Source of the DNA: Hydrolagus affinis
Lineage: Eukaryota
NCBI GenBank assembly: GCA_012026655.1
Contig: JAAILG010001787.1
Coordinates: forward strand, 1 to 61,911
Direction of reading: 5' to 3'
Length of the DNA stretch: 61,911 nucleotides
The translations under genes were made by a program, and so were the position numbers. The first letter of the stretch is position 1. Every line of letters begins with the position of its first letter. Positions 49,771 to 61,911 of this stretch are shown here, piece by piece. The notes beneath the pieces are model-generated. The model did not search any database. It was not told the DNA's origin and saw nothing but the letters and a program-made list of their open reading frames with translations.

Positions 49771-52148
49771 ACAGAAAATGTTTTTTGTGACATTGTAAAA
49801 TCCAGAGCTGGCCCTTTCATAAAGAACTACCAATCACATTTCCACAGTAAAGTTTGTAAGATTACCTGGACAGTGAGTTGATGGTTTAAATAAGAACAGT
49901 TGTTCTTCAGCTTGCCAAACATATTGCCTGGTAAATCCCATCTTTCAAGCCCACAATTTTCCTTTTAATTTGTGATTAGTAGTCTCACAACTAAAATAAA
50001 AGCTTTTTTTTGTCATGAACTTCTTGTTTTCCAGAATATTACTTAATGTTCCTGAAAAATTGTAAGATCTTGGCTCTTCGGTCTATGCAGGAGCCAAATC
50101 TGAATATTAGAAACACATAGATGAAATACAAACAATGGCTGATTTCTATTGACAAGTTATTAGACACTTCACTATGAAACTGCAAAGTGATTTATGTTTT
50201 CTCATATGATGCAGTCTATCAATATTGCCCCAGCTCTTGCCCTCCACAAAGTTCAAATCATGTATAACTTTGCAGACCACGTTTTCTATATGAAGTCCGA
50301 CCTCATTATAACACAACTCATTGCAGTGCAAGTCATGTGCAGCTTGCCTAGGTCATTGACCTGACCATATTGGAAGTGCAGTACACTTGAGAAATAAAAA
50401 TGGCAAAATAAAAATGGCTAGCTTTCTGCATACAGATAACCAACAAAATTGGTTACAAAGTTAAGCTTGAATTTAAGGTTGTTTTCCAAATTTCTGTAGG
50501 GTTTAAAATTTTAAGTCAAAGTCCTAAGAACGTGAAAATATTTGGCCTAATTTGGCTGCAATTTAATGGGTACCCCAGGTCTTATAGACAGAGTGGAACA
50601 TAGCAATTAAACAGGAAGTTCCGTATTAAAGAAAAGATGAACGAAGGTTAATCAAACCAAGAAAGCAACATTCCCAGAAAGGCATAACAGTGCTAAACAA
50701 GATGCTGAATGTGTTGGAAAAGTAAGTCTATAATAGGTTCAGATTGTGGAAGCAACAACAACAAAATTACATTTGTATGGCACCTTTCACTTCGGGTGGG
50801 GGAGGCAGCAGAAGGTCAAAGGTTCAGAGTGTTGAAGGATACTTCCAGGACAAATGTCAGTTTTCTTTATAAAAGGATAATGGGTGAGATATTTTCACTC
50901 CATCTCTGTAATGAACCTTTGTAATGCTGCCCTTCATGAAAGGCATTGTTGTTAATGTATAGCTGGGTTACCATGAGGAGAGGTTCAGATGAGGACACAA
51001 ACTCATTGAATAAACATTTTGATGTTCTGCAAGGTTGAAATCAAATAAGCTGAAGGGCTTTCTTTTCCTGAACCTCTCTTATGATCTTATGATATGCAAC
51101 TAAAGTTATGTCTGGCAGCTGAAGCAAACATACTTTATATGAGTCGGTTATTCGTTGCATCAGACCCAAACCAAATGATGTGGTTTCAGGCAACATTTGC
51201 TATATTTTAAACATGACTGAGCAGGCAGACCTATAGCTGAAAAGGTTACAAATACAGTAACGTTACCCTATGTGTCTAAGAACTAACTAAATTGATAATA
51301 ATTTGATATTGATGCATCAATGTTTGCTGAATTTAAAAAAAATGTAATGCATGATAGTCTCGTTTTGAGAATTAGAAAATATATACAATTAGCAGAGATG
51401 ATCTTAGCCTTCTCAACCCTGAATACCCAACATTCATCAACTTGAAGGAAATAAGGACGAAGTGGACAGGCACATGAAAGAGAGGAGCTTGAAGGGGTAT
51501 GAGGATAAGGCGAGGTGTTGGGGTTGAATTGCAGATGTAGACCATTACCAAACACATCACCTTCATCACCAGTTCAACTTCATGGAGACCTGACTTAGCA
51601 CCCCCCCCCCCCACCCCAATTGAATAGTTAAATCTATATTCCTTCATGTCTTAGCACTTGTCTTGTAGACAAACTTTAAACAGGCTTCAATGTATTGGTA
51701 GCTATTATAACTTTTTTTTGTATATTGTTACTCAATGTCCCCATCGTTCAAGAAGGACAGGTTCGATTCCATGTGTTTCATCTCGTCTATTGCAGCTGTA
51801 ACTAAAGCTAGGATTGTCTGGTTACTTTTACCCACGCTATTGCTAAAGCCATTTCATGTGATGGCTGCACTGAGGATATTAAAATCGATTTGCTGCTTTT
51901 TTTTTTGACGTTTCCTTGTCAATTCCTCAGACAGACTCTGTGATCCATTCCTCGTTGACTCCCTCTGTGAAGCTTCACACGCCAAACAGTGGCGGGGAAA
52001 CCACCACAATCGTTTGGGGGCTGTTTTCTCTTTAATTGGATTTAAGTAACACTTGACGTGATATCACTATCTTCTTGTGTCGTTTCCCATGAAAGTATGC
52101 GTTGAAACAATCATGCCATTCCTGGATCAAGAAAGAGAACATCCTGGG

Positions 52149-52167
52149 ACACACACACACACACACA
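52149..52167. repeat. (CA)n microsatellite
   Basis: ACACACACAC run. Confidence 0.85.
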
Positions 52168-52640
52168 TTTTAAAGTTTGTTGTATTGCTTGTTTTCTGAA
52201 ATTAGATTGTGAGAAATTAGACGTTAAGATGGCTCTGGATTGTGTCCATTTGATGTGGAGTGTAAATGCACAGGTTCCTCTCAGCTCAGTCAGTCATTGG
52301 CACTCTCCTGTCCTGCAAAGTAACGCTGACCACCACCGCCCCCCGAATAAAGGAGCCATGAGACTCATCTCACCTCAGGTGTCAGTGATATACCCCATCA
52401 CCATCACACCAGCATCAGCAGACACGGCTTTGTGGCAGGTTTAGGGGTTGAATATCACAATTTGGGGACTGAATTTGAGTCTGACACGAATGCAAGGGGT
52501 TCAATAAAAGCCAAGGTTTTGGGTGGAGAGGATGTTTTTTTGCTGCTGTGATGGTGGGGGGGAGATGTGTCTGTGTCTGTCTGTCTGTGTGTGGGTGTAA
52601 CCTACAGTATTCCTGTAATAGTCAGGTCTGTAATGGCAAT

Positions 52641-52740
52641 NNNNNNNNNNNNNNNNNNNNNNNNNNNNNNNNNNNNNNNNNNNNNNNNNNNNNNNNNNNN
52701 NNNNNNNNNNNNNNNNNNNNNNNNNNNNNNNNNNNNNNNN
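52641..52740. other. Assembly gap (100 N)
   Basis: N run next to a poly-C tract; true size unknown. Confidence 0.99.
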
Positions 52741-52859
52741 CCCCCCCCCCCCCACACACCCCTCCCTCCTTCACTCAATCCCCTCTGGCTGTGCACAGTC
52801 TGGGCAGCAAAAATCAATCCATGAATAAGTCAAACACAATTGTTTTCATCATTGGCGAG

Positions 52860-53863
52860 GAGCTGTCACCCATCCCACCAGCACAGCCCCGGGGAGGGGG
52901 CTCTGCAGTTAGATGGGTACCCGCGGCTTCTGATCGCCTTGGCTGGTGTAGGAGAGGTGGGGGGGGGGGGTGGGGGGAGAGGAGGGAGCATTTGCATTAT
53001 TAATGAATGGGATGGGCGCCGCTGAGGGGCTGGTGCTGGGGAGGGAGAGAGAGAGAGAGAGCCATTGCACACCCAGCTCTCAGTGAAATTACATCCAGTC
53101 GCTTTCACCACCTCCAGCACTGACGTAAACCTAACAGAAGGCAGCAAGCAGCAGGACGCCAAGTCATTGAGACCACACAATAAAACACACACACACAGCG
53201 GCGAGACAGGGTGAGAGAGACAGAGAGAGAGAGAGATGCACGACACACCATACTGTCATCAAGTCGAGGACCAGCTCTGAAGGGACACAGAGAGAGTGTA
53301 TCTCTCTGTGGATGGAGAGAAAGGCTCGGATTGGGGGCGAGAGTGACGGCGGGTGGCCCGCCTGCCGCAGTGTCCTGCCGACTGTGGTGGCTTCACTGAC
53401 CTGGGAGCTCTAGATGCGCTTCAGGCACCTGAGTTACTCGCCTGTGTCTGTGCCGTGTGTCTGTGCCTTGCCGACTTACAGGCGCGGGATCGTCGCTCCC
53501 GCCGTTGAGCGAACACGGACGCTCGCGGATCTTGCGTTGCTGCGCAGTTCGCTAACGCGTGTGTTAACCCAAAGAGAAACACATCAGGATACACAGGCAT
53601 TGGCTGATTCTCACCTTCCCAGAGAAAGCGGAGAACTGCTGCGGCACAGATGAGCGTCGGACGCTGACAAGGGGGGAGCGGGGCGACCAGTCACCAGGGC
53701 ACACGGACCTGCAGAGATTATTTGGCGGCTTTTGCTGTATATTTTTTTGTGTGGGGGGGGGGCGTATTGGGAACAAAAGGGAATTGGGATAATTGGGAGT
53801 TGGAGTAGAGGGAGGGGGGGGAGGACGGGGGTGAGGGTGGGGGGGGGTGAGGGTCAAGGCAAC
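52860..53863 (+). promoter_or_regulatory. CpG-rich promoter / 5' leader region of CLVS2
   Basis: Sharp rise in GC and CpG against a CpG-poor background, continuing into the first coding exon. TGACGTAA (CRE-like) at ~53121, GA/CA runs and G-tracts. Confidence 0.7.
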
Positions 53864-54252
53864 ATGACTCATTTGCAAGTGGGACTGTCCCCAGAAACTC
53901 TGGAGAAAGCCAAGCTGGAGTTGAATGAGAACCCTGACACCCTGCATCAGGACATCCAGGAGGTCAGGGACATGATCATCACACGGCCCGACATCGGCTT
54001 CCTAAGGACTGATGACGCCTTCATCTTGAGGTTCCTGAGGGCTCGGAAGTTTAACCACACGGAGGCTTTCCGCCTCCTGGCTCAGTATTTCGAGTACCGT
54101 CAGCAGAACCTGGACATGTTCAAGAACTTCAAAGCCACCGACCCGGGGATCAAACAGGCGCTGAAGGACGGCTTCCCTGGCGTGCTTTCCAACTTGGATC
54201 ACTACGGCAGGAAAATCCTGGTGCTTTTCGCTTCCAACTGGGACCAGAGCAG
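53864..54252 (+). CDS. CLVS2: Clavesin-2 (CRAL-TRIO/Sec14 family), first coding exon
   Basis: aacATG, then [69 protein letters not shown]. Donor AG|gtacaa. 389 nt. Confidence 0.96.
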
Positions 54253-54639
54253 GTACAAAGCCGAGCAGCGAGAGAGAGAGAGAGGATCTGTGTCACCCAG
54301 TTCTCCATCACCCAGAGTATCTGTGTCACCATTGTGTCTGACCCATTTTTGTCTGTCGTTTGAATGATTCCCCCCCACCCCCTCCACCCCACACACTTTT
54401 AACTTTATTCATTGCGTTTCAGATTTTATTTGCAATTCTATAGGACCTGAAGCAAATACCTAAAGCTGTACCCACCTTTCAATGGTATATAGCTGTAGGG
54501 ATAGGGTACATTGCAATCATAATGGAATATGAATCCCCCCCACCCCCTCAGCTGTCTCTTGTGTCTCATATCTTTTTACTGGGAGGTGAGGATTGTTTAT
54601 TCGCAAAGAACCGACTTATTATTGAGCCAATCCAGTAAA

Positions 54640-54765
54640 TAATAATTATAATCATTATAATATTAATATTTGCATTTGATGTAGCGCTTTTCACGTCTTC
54701 CAGACGTCTCAAAGCGTTTCACAGGCTGTACTGTAAACTGAATTGACTGTATATTTGTGGGCGAA
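54640..54765 (-). mobile_element. SINE 3' tail fragment
   Basis: TTGCATTTGATGTAGCGCTTTTCACGTCTTCCAGACGTCTCAAAGCG. Confidence 0.85.
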
Positions 54766-55418
54766 AAGACAAAAAGATGCTTGAAAAAGTCAAAAGGGTG
54801 CACCTCAAAACGGAACGATTTTTGTTTGAAAAACGTACACGGTAATGTATATATCAAACCAGAAAATGATTCCAGGTCAGTATTATAAGATGACATCATT
54901 GAGGCAGTATTAGCCCTCAGTGCTGCCACAGATGTAATCATTCCCTTTGAGGGCCAACTAACCAGATTGTAGATATCAAATGTCTTTTGATTTCCTTAAA
55001 TCTTATTTTCGATGGAAACGAGCACTTGTTAGGCACACACGAGAGCACCTATCTCTATCAGGTCTATCAGGAAGACTGAGCGGGTACAAATTACTCTGGC
55101 CATACACTGACTGGGAAGCATTTCAAAGCAAATAGGTAGAATGAAAAGAAGAACATTCCGAGGCTTTTTAAATTGTTCGCATCCCTGCCAACGGACCTGC
55201 ACAGTGACTTATTGATAACCGACTACAGTACTGGAAAGTTTACAGCATAAAAGGAGGCCATTCAGATCCACCTTCGGAGAAGTCGCATTGCTATACAGCA
55301 TTTTAATCTTTTACCATTTGGAATTAATTTTTCTGCAGATTATTATTCTACATATTATCAACCATGTGTATGAAATATTTCTTCTAACTTTCCCTCTTCC
55401 ACAGTAAATATGTACAGT

Positions 55419-55706
55419 GGAGTCCTGTAGCTCAGTGGTTGGAGCACTTGCCTTACAAGCATGAGACCTGGGTTTGTCCAGGCAGGGCGAAACCTTGGGC
55501 AAGTTTCCTTATTCCACACACCTAACAATAATCCCTCAAAAAAAAATCGAATTGGTCATTTCAATCCACTTCTGTGCACAATTGGCTGCCGAGGTTCGCC
55601 CACAAATATACAGTCAACTCACTTTACAATATATTCTGTGAAACGCTTTGAGACGTCTAGAAGATGTGAAAAGTGCTGTATGAAATGCAAGGATTAATAT
55701 TATTAT
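55419..55706 (+). mobile_element. tRNA-derived Deu-type SINE, near full length
   Basis: GGAGTCCTGTAGCTCAGTGGTTGGAGCACTTGCCTTACAAGC head and ATT tail. Confidence 0.9.
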
Positions 55707-56159
55707 ATTTATGCCCCATTATTTCTCTTGGTCGTTAGAATCGTCCTTTTCTGGTTAATCTAACAAAATCATTCATTGTTCTGAAAATGTCTGTTAGGGT
55801 TTTAAAAATATTTTCTCCTTCACCCATCACAATCCTAATTTCTAAATGCTTCTGTACAACTCCATGACCTCTCATTCCAGAAGTCATCTGAGTGATTTTC
55901 TATTCACTATTATTATCTAGTTACCTTTGATGTATTCTGTATAAATGGGATTTGTATAAATCCTATTCTGTCTCATGTTTTACATATCTTTTCATTGGAG
56001 GTGAAGATGTTTCTTAATAGACTAAATTCATTACTAAGCCAATTGAAATGAGCTTTCTTTTGTCAACCCACATTATGACTTACAATCTAGATGAGCGCAG
56101 CACTCCAGTTCTTGGAGTATGTTGCCAAAGGGGCTATCCTTTGGATACAACATTAAATG

Positions 56160-56690
56160 AACAACAACAATGAATTCCATTTATGTAGCACCTTTCATAT
56201 CAGGAGGACATCCCAAAGCACTGGATGGTGAAGGATATACACCCAAGCTGGGAGTTGGGATCAGGAGGGGTGGAGAGCAGGGACGGTGGGGGTAGGAGCT
56301 TGAGCGAAGGTGTAGTTGAAGAGGAGGATCTTGAGACATGCTTTGAAGGAGGCAAGGGAGAAGGCAAGCCAAAGAGAATGTGGGATGAAGTTCCGATGGG
56401 TGGGGACAGAGAGGCTGAAGGTCCTACCACTAATAGTGGGGCTGGCTGGAGCAGACCAGAGACCGGATCGGAGTGGAGGGAGTGGACATGCCAATATGGG
56501 GATAGCAGTTCACAGAGGTGTGCATCAGCAAGGCCAAGATGAGGCTTGAAGGCAAGGACAAGGATGTTCAACTCGATCCTTTGGGGGGAGGAGGGGGATG
56601 AGGAGCTAGTGGAGCCAGTCAAATATAGGGGTGATGGACTTGTGCATCCTAGTGCAGGAGAGGACATGAGCTGCAGAGTCTGAATGACAT
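56160..56690 (-). mobile_element. L2 3' fragment
   Basis: (AAC)n tail and RIELNILVLAFK on the - strand. Confidence 0.8.
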
Positions 56691-59600
56691 AGCAAGTTCT
56701 GTTCAGATGCATATTAAAGATTTTCTAATATTATTTCAAAGGGAAGTTACTCTCCCCATAACTTCCTTTCTCTGTCGATCAAAATAAATATTTTCTGCAA
56801 TGTTCGTGTTTGGTGCACTCAGCAAATAGAAGAAACAGTGCAAGGCAAACTATAAACTGTATTCAAGGAGATAATCATAGGTGTGGATTCAGAACAGGTG
56901 GAGAGCAAGATAAGAGCCTTGAAATAAATGCCATGAAATAAACTATAATCCATAACAAATACTTCAATAGATTTCCAGAAACAGAATGATTGTCCTTTGC
57001 AGCTTAGGTAGAACACTATTTATATATAAATCCAAGGCATCTTCATTTAAACATAAAAATACACATCAAAACACTTCTTAGTTCCCCTGGTGTATGATGA
57101 GTACAAAATTAATTGAGAAGTGGAAAGTCAAATAAACCCAGCAATTTTTTCAGATTGACTTTCTCCCTTCCCCCTACCTCTATCACCATGGCAAACTCAA
57201 CCTCATGTTCCACCCAAAGGAATCCCCATTACTGCTTCCAGTTTGGGAAATCAGTTTTCGACAGGAGCTAAAAGTAATAACAGAACTCAATATTCAATCT
57301 TGTGCCCTACAAAGCAGTGCTGCTTCCAAGATTGATAAGTGCAAAGTCAGGCCCGGTAGGCTGCTGCTAAGATGGCAGTCAAAATGTTAGGAAAGAAGCT
57401 TCAGATCAAACCTTTGTTCTGAGATCAGTGGTATTCAATTGCACACAAAGTCTTTAGAAATGGGTGGCGAATGCAATATTTCAGTCGTGATTTGAGAATG
57501 ATTACATTGAATCTGCTATAAAATCTCATATTTTTCACCAATTATGTGCTCACCTTTCCTCTTCTGAGTTTGAGCCCATTATTCTAAATATTTTGTCTTT
57601 GTTCATTAGAGTAAATTCCTGATAGCAGGACACTGTTTGAACTCGTCACTATCACTTAATCAGCCATGTTGTCCATACCAAAGCTGCTTCCCATATAAAA
57701 TATTAATAAGGCACTCCACTTGTTACCACGCCTTACATTCTGGAAATTCTGGTAACTATTTACAATGCACAATGGATTGGACAACTAATCCTATAAAATG
57801 GTGTCTTGCATCAGAGCAGCCTCTTGACCTATTCTGTGACTGGTGAGGAAACTCGGTGGAGGTTGGGTGTGCATGCTCAGATGTATCACAGAGGCCTCTG
57901 GTCTATTGGAGGGATGTACCATGACCTCCCACCCAGAGGTCTCTGCGATATATCTGAGTACCTGTGTCCACCTTTCACCGAGAACCACAACACCCACTAA
58001 AGGCCCCTGGAGGACCTGTGCCTCCCTCGATGTTCCATATCCATATCTAAGATTATCTCTCTGAAACCCATTCATAGTTGCCTAATAATGCTTCTTCTAC
58101 TTGCTGAGTGCACCAAACATAAACACTGAACCCCTTTCCCCTGGTGTGATGAGTTTCAAGAGTTTTTACAGAATATTGTTAGGTTTCAGATTATTTATAC
58201 TCTTTAGGGTTTCAAATGCTGCAGTAACATCTCTCCTGTGTCTTTTCTTCTTTACTATTGATATTTTCATCTTTCCTAAGCCATTTCTCATAACTCATAA
58301 CTTCCCCGGCCACACTCTTACAGCAAATCATTGTGTTTTTTACTTTTTGAGCTATTTTACACTATCAACACTCTCGAGACTAATATTTTTGGCAAACTGA
58401 TCCACTTCTATTCAGCTATAAAGGGGATTTAATTCTAGATCACCCATAATTGGAGAAGAGTTATTGGCCAGGCTTTTGAGAACCAGAATTCTTGTATGTC
58501 ATGACTGTTGTTTCATTTGCCAATACATTATAACATAGACTTGGATGCTCACTCTTTCAGGCAGCCTGGTACAGTTTTTTATCCAATTGATATTGGCTAA
58601 TTTGATGTGACATTTTTGCATGGTCAGGAAAGCATATGAATAAATTAAGTTAACAATATTACAGTTTCATTTTGAAAGGTAGTATCAGCTGTGAATGGAA
58701 CAATGTTTGCTGTCTGTTGTCTTTAACATCATAATTAGGAATAAAATGTACAAACGAGTTTGCACATTTCATATTTTCGATGATATAATTCCTGCAAAAC
58801 ATGTTGCATTTGGCATAAAATTCACTCTTTGTTTAGTCTTTGGCACTTTACTTTATGTTTGTGTATAAAGTTGGGTAATGGAAAACGCTGATGTTTTACT
58901 TCCAATAATCCTTGAATTTAATACAGCGCATTTCACATCTTTTTTTAATAAATGCAAATAAATTAAACTTTCAGTTTAGGTGGCAACGAATATTGGTATA
59001 GAATCTACAAGAATCAATTTAATTTATCAAGTGATTAAAAAAGCCCGCTGAACGATATCTATTGTCCACCTTCTAATATCTGTAATTTTTTTTATATTCT
59101 TTGTATGTATCTTTTTGTGGAGAGGTTGTTGTTAAGTAATTAACTAATAGTTTGCATCTTTATTATTTATCATACCCAAGTCCAATGGCATGACTTACAG
59201 TACGTTGATCATATTAAACAAAATTCAGGGACACATATTTTAAAAAATGAATTCATCACAATTCCTGGTGCTGACAGTACTGGAGAAGCTTATTGGATTA
59301 TTGGTTTTCTTTCTCTAGCAAGTGTAACTGTTTTAGAGTTTTATTGTTCTTACACAGTCTGCTGCTGAATGCAAGACTCGGCAAATTTGGACAAAGACAT
59401 ACTAACACATCCGGGGACTGTCCCCAGAAAATACTTTATAACAATACATAATTCTCTGTCAATAATTAGACAAATTAAGCTGTGAGAGTCACAGAAATGT
59501 GAGAGTTTGGAAAACTGTAATGCTTACATAGAGTTACATAGAGAGATACATCTCAGAAACAGCCATTTTGGCTGAACTAGTCTAAACTGAAGTTTTTATT

Positions 59601-60361
59601 CCATATGAGCCCCCACTCCTCCTATTCCTTTCATACTGTGTGTTGCTGTTTTACCTGTACTACTCTATTCTCTTATCTTTCATGTATGCGCAATATTTTC
59701 TCTTAAATACATTAATGCTGAACACAGAAATTCAAAAACAGATATACCTTTGCTGATCTTGCTGGAAAATGTAGACAATTTGCTCCCAGCAATGCTGGTG
59801 GAAACCCATATCTTACATGGTCGACAACTTAAGTGCTTGGTACTGTTATTGGAGGATGAAGACAAAGATACAAGTAAGAAGCTAATCATGTGAACGGTCT
59901 ATCAGTGCATCTTGCACTTAGTTGCAACTTAAGCTAGGATTCTGGAAATCATCATAGCATGGTGGAAACTGAAACCAGTGAAAATCTTGATGACCTCTTT
60001 TTTGCTCCCAGGAATTTCTACATTCATTCAAAGTGATCTATTTTGTCTTCCGTTTGCGCTAAATTCTGAAATCAGTTTAATACATGGGAAAGAAAAAATA
60101 TCTAGCGATCCATTTGTAGGCCACCACTTTTATTCTACTTTAGATCATGATGTAGAAAGGTTTTGTAGCTGTATTCCACTTATGATAGCCATAAATCTTT
60201 GTAATGTGGACAAATAATAATATTGAGAACTCTGCTTCAATCAACATCTATTTCTGGGCATATCAACAACAACAACTTTGATTTATATAGCGCCCTCCAT
60301 GCTGGATGGCATCTCAGAGCACTTCGTATCAGGGTATATTGGTGTGATGTATGACAGGAAT

Positions 60362-60697
60362 TAATAATAATAATCCTTGCATTTGGTATTATTAATATAG
60401 AGCTTTCACATCTTGTAGAGATCTCAAGGCGCTTAGAGAATAATAATAAATAAATTTAGAGAATATACTCTAAAGGGAATTGACTGCATATTTGTAGGCA
60501 AAACATGGCAGATATTTGCTCACAGCAATGTCCCACAAACTGTTGTGGATTGAAATAACCAATTTATTATTGTATAGAGCCATTATTATCACGCGTGTGG
60601 AGTAAGAAAACTTATCTAAGGTTTTGCCCAGCCTGGAATCGAACCCAGGTCTCTTGCGTACAAGGCGAGTGCACTAACCAATGAACTACAGGACTCC
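60362..60697 (-). mobile_element. tRNA-derived Deu-type SINE, full length
   Basis: GGAATCGAACCCAGG (reverse B box); ends ACAGGACTCC. Confidence 0.88.
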
Positions 60698-61101
60698 ACA
60701 TTGGCATTTGTAACCTGTCATTACGATTATTAAAATAAGACATTTGTGGAGGGGAAGAAAGAGTATGTTGTGGACTCAATTCATTCAAAAGCTTCATTGA
60801 TACCTAGTTTAAAAACTGAGCAGAACATATTTCAACTTGTTACAATAGTAACTTCTCAGTTTCAAATTCTGACCTGTTAACCAATTGGTATGCAATGGCC
60901 TTTTTCTATTTTGAAAAACATTTTTATTCGATCCAGAGAGCATGATAAACATCAATGCCAACCGATGCCATTTAGGCCCCAAAATTCTACTTAGTTAGCT
61001 TACTTCAGGTTTTTGCTTGCCACAATGAAACATGCACTTGAACACTTGATGGACTTTTGTTTAACAGCCTTGATTTTTAATGACATTCTCTGTGCTTTCA
61101 G

Positions 61102-61276
61102 GTATACGTTAATAGATATTTTGCGTGCCATACTGTTGTCATTAGAGGCAATGATTGAAGACCCAGAACTTCAAGTCAATGGATTTATTTTGATCATAGA
61201 CTGGAGTAACTTCACTTTCAAGCAAGCCTCCAAACTAACCCCAAGCATGCTTCGACTGGCCATTGAAGGATTGCAG
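61102..61276 (+). CDS. CLVS2: Clavesin-2, second coding exon (gene continues beyond the window)
   Basis: Acceptor tgtgctttcag. (R)[58 protein letters not shown]. Donor gtatga. The phase-2 join completes the Arg codon. Confidence 0.96.
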
Positions 61277-61776
61277 GTATGAATGCTTTCTGCTTCAGAT
61301 TTAAAACAAATCTTTCACATCATAGGATTTTCAGCAAGACAGTTTAATTTCTAGGAACAAAATAATTGAATGCGCTTTATAGCATATTTTTGGATTATCA
61401 CAGCTCTAGAGCAAAATACTCTATTACATATAATTGATTAGTCCCCATGAGAAAATGCAATGCTCGGCACACAAAGGACAGTGTTGTGCAGAGAAGAAAA
61501 TATAGATCTGCTGCAGTTATTACATTGTAGTAGGAAAGCAAATGATTGTATCTTTCTTTGCTTGATTTTTAAATTATTATTATGGTTCCTGCCTCCCAGA
61601 GACCTTTTGTATTTGTATATATTCTCCAATCTGTCATGATGAATGTTCGTGCTATTCAGGTAATGCAAAACAATCCAAGTGAGTCTAGGTACAATTAACA
61701 TTGTATTCATCTTGAAGAATGTTGCTCTTGAAGGAGGATTTACAATACGAAGGCTCATTTCCATCTGATATGCATA

Positions 61777-61911
61777 CCGTATATCTCCGCGTATAAGGCG
61801 CACTTTTTTTCACGTCGGAAGATCTCGAAAGTTGGGGGTGCGCCCTATACGCAGGTACAAGAAATTTTGAGCCTCGGAAATACAGTAAACAGGAGGGGCG
61901 GCCGGCGCGCT
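61777..61911. mobile_element. Start of a Tc2/pogo-like DNA transposon (same family as 1-138)
   Basis: TA followed by CCGTATATCTCCGCGTATAAGGCGCAC, then GGGGGTGCGCCCTATACGC subterminal repeat. Confidence 0.8.

Noticed and set aside
53732-53863. N-terminal extension of the CLVS2 ORF from TTG at 53732
   Set aside because: Low-complexity Gly-rich translation of G-tracts; homology starts at MTHLQ (53864).
54253-54367. ORF continuation after WDQSR
   Set aside because: Intron read-through; the GT donor at 54253 joins in phase to 61102.
112-61803. Whole window as one giant transposon bounded by the TIRs
   Set aside because: Orientation is wrong: the TA sites face the interior and the element bodies extend outward.
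1-61911. Prokaryotic-type systems (CRISPR, operons, defence islands)
   Set aside because: Spliced vertebrate genes and SINE/LINE content; no regularly spaced repeat-spacer array seen.

Overview
Vertebrate nuclear DNA, not prokaryotic. The repeat content (tRNA-headed Deu-type SINEs, L2 and CR1 3' ends, Penelope fragments) suggests a cartilaginous fish, most likely a chimaera; this is inference. Two + strand genes can be read. The last two coding exons of SMPDL3A are at 3710-3834 and 4940-5236. The first two coding exons of CLVS2 (clavesin-2) are at 53864-54252 and 61102-61276, preceded by a CpG-rich promoter/leader and a 100-N gap. The SMPDL3A-then-CLVS2 order matches human. The ~48 kb between them is non-coding and repeat-rich, and most ORF-track entries are spurious or L2 remnants. 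Items the ORF track misses: three Penelope-derived insertions carrying minimal hammerhead-ribozyme cores, one 5'-inverted with a 13-bp TSD; a decayed hAT transposase in an SMPDL3A intron; a 496-bp solo LTR with a 4-bp TSD nested in an L2; a Tigger-like MITE; identical Tc2-like TIRs at both window edges; and several unexplained hairpins, the best being ~130 nt in the CLVS2 intron. I found no convincing wholly new gene system. The ribozyme-bearing inserts and the intronic hairpin are the best leads. Exon, TSD and hairpin coordinates were counted by eye; boundaries of degraded repeats are approximate.
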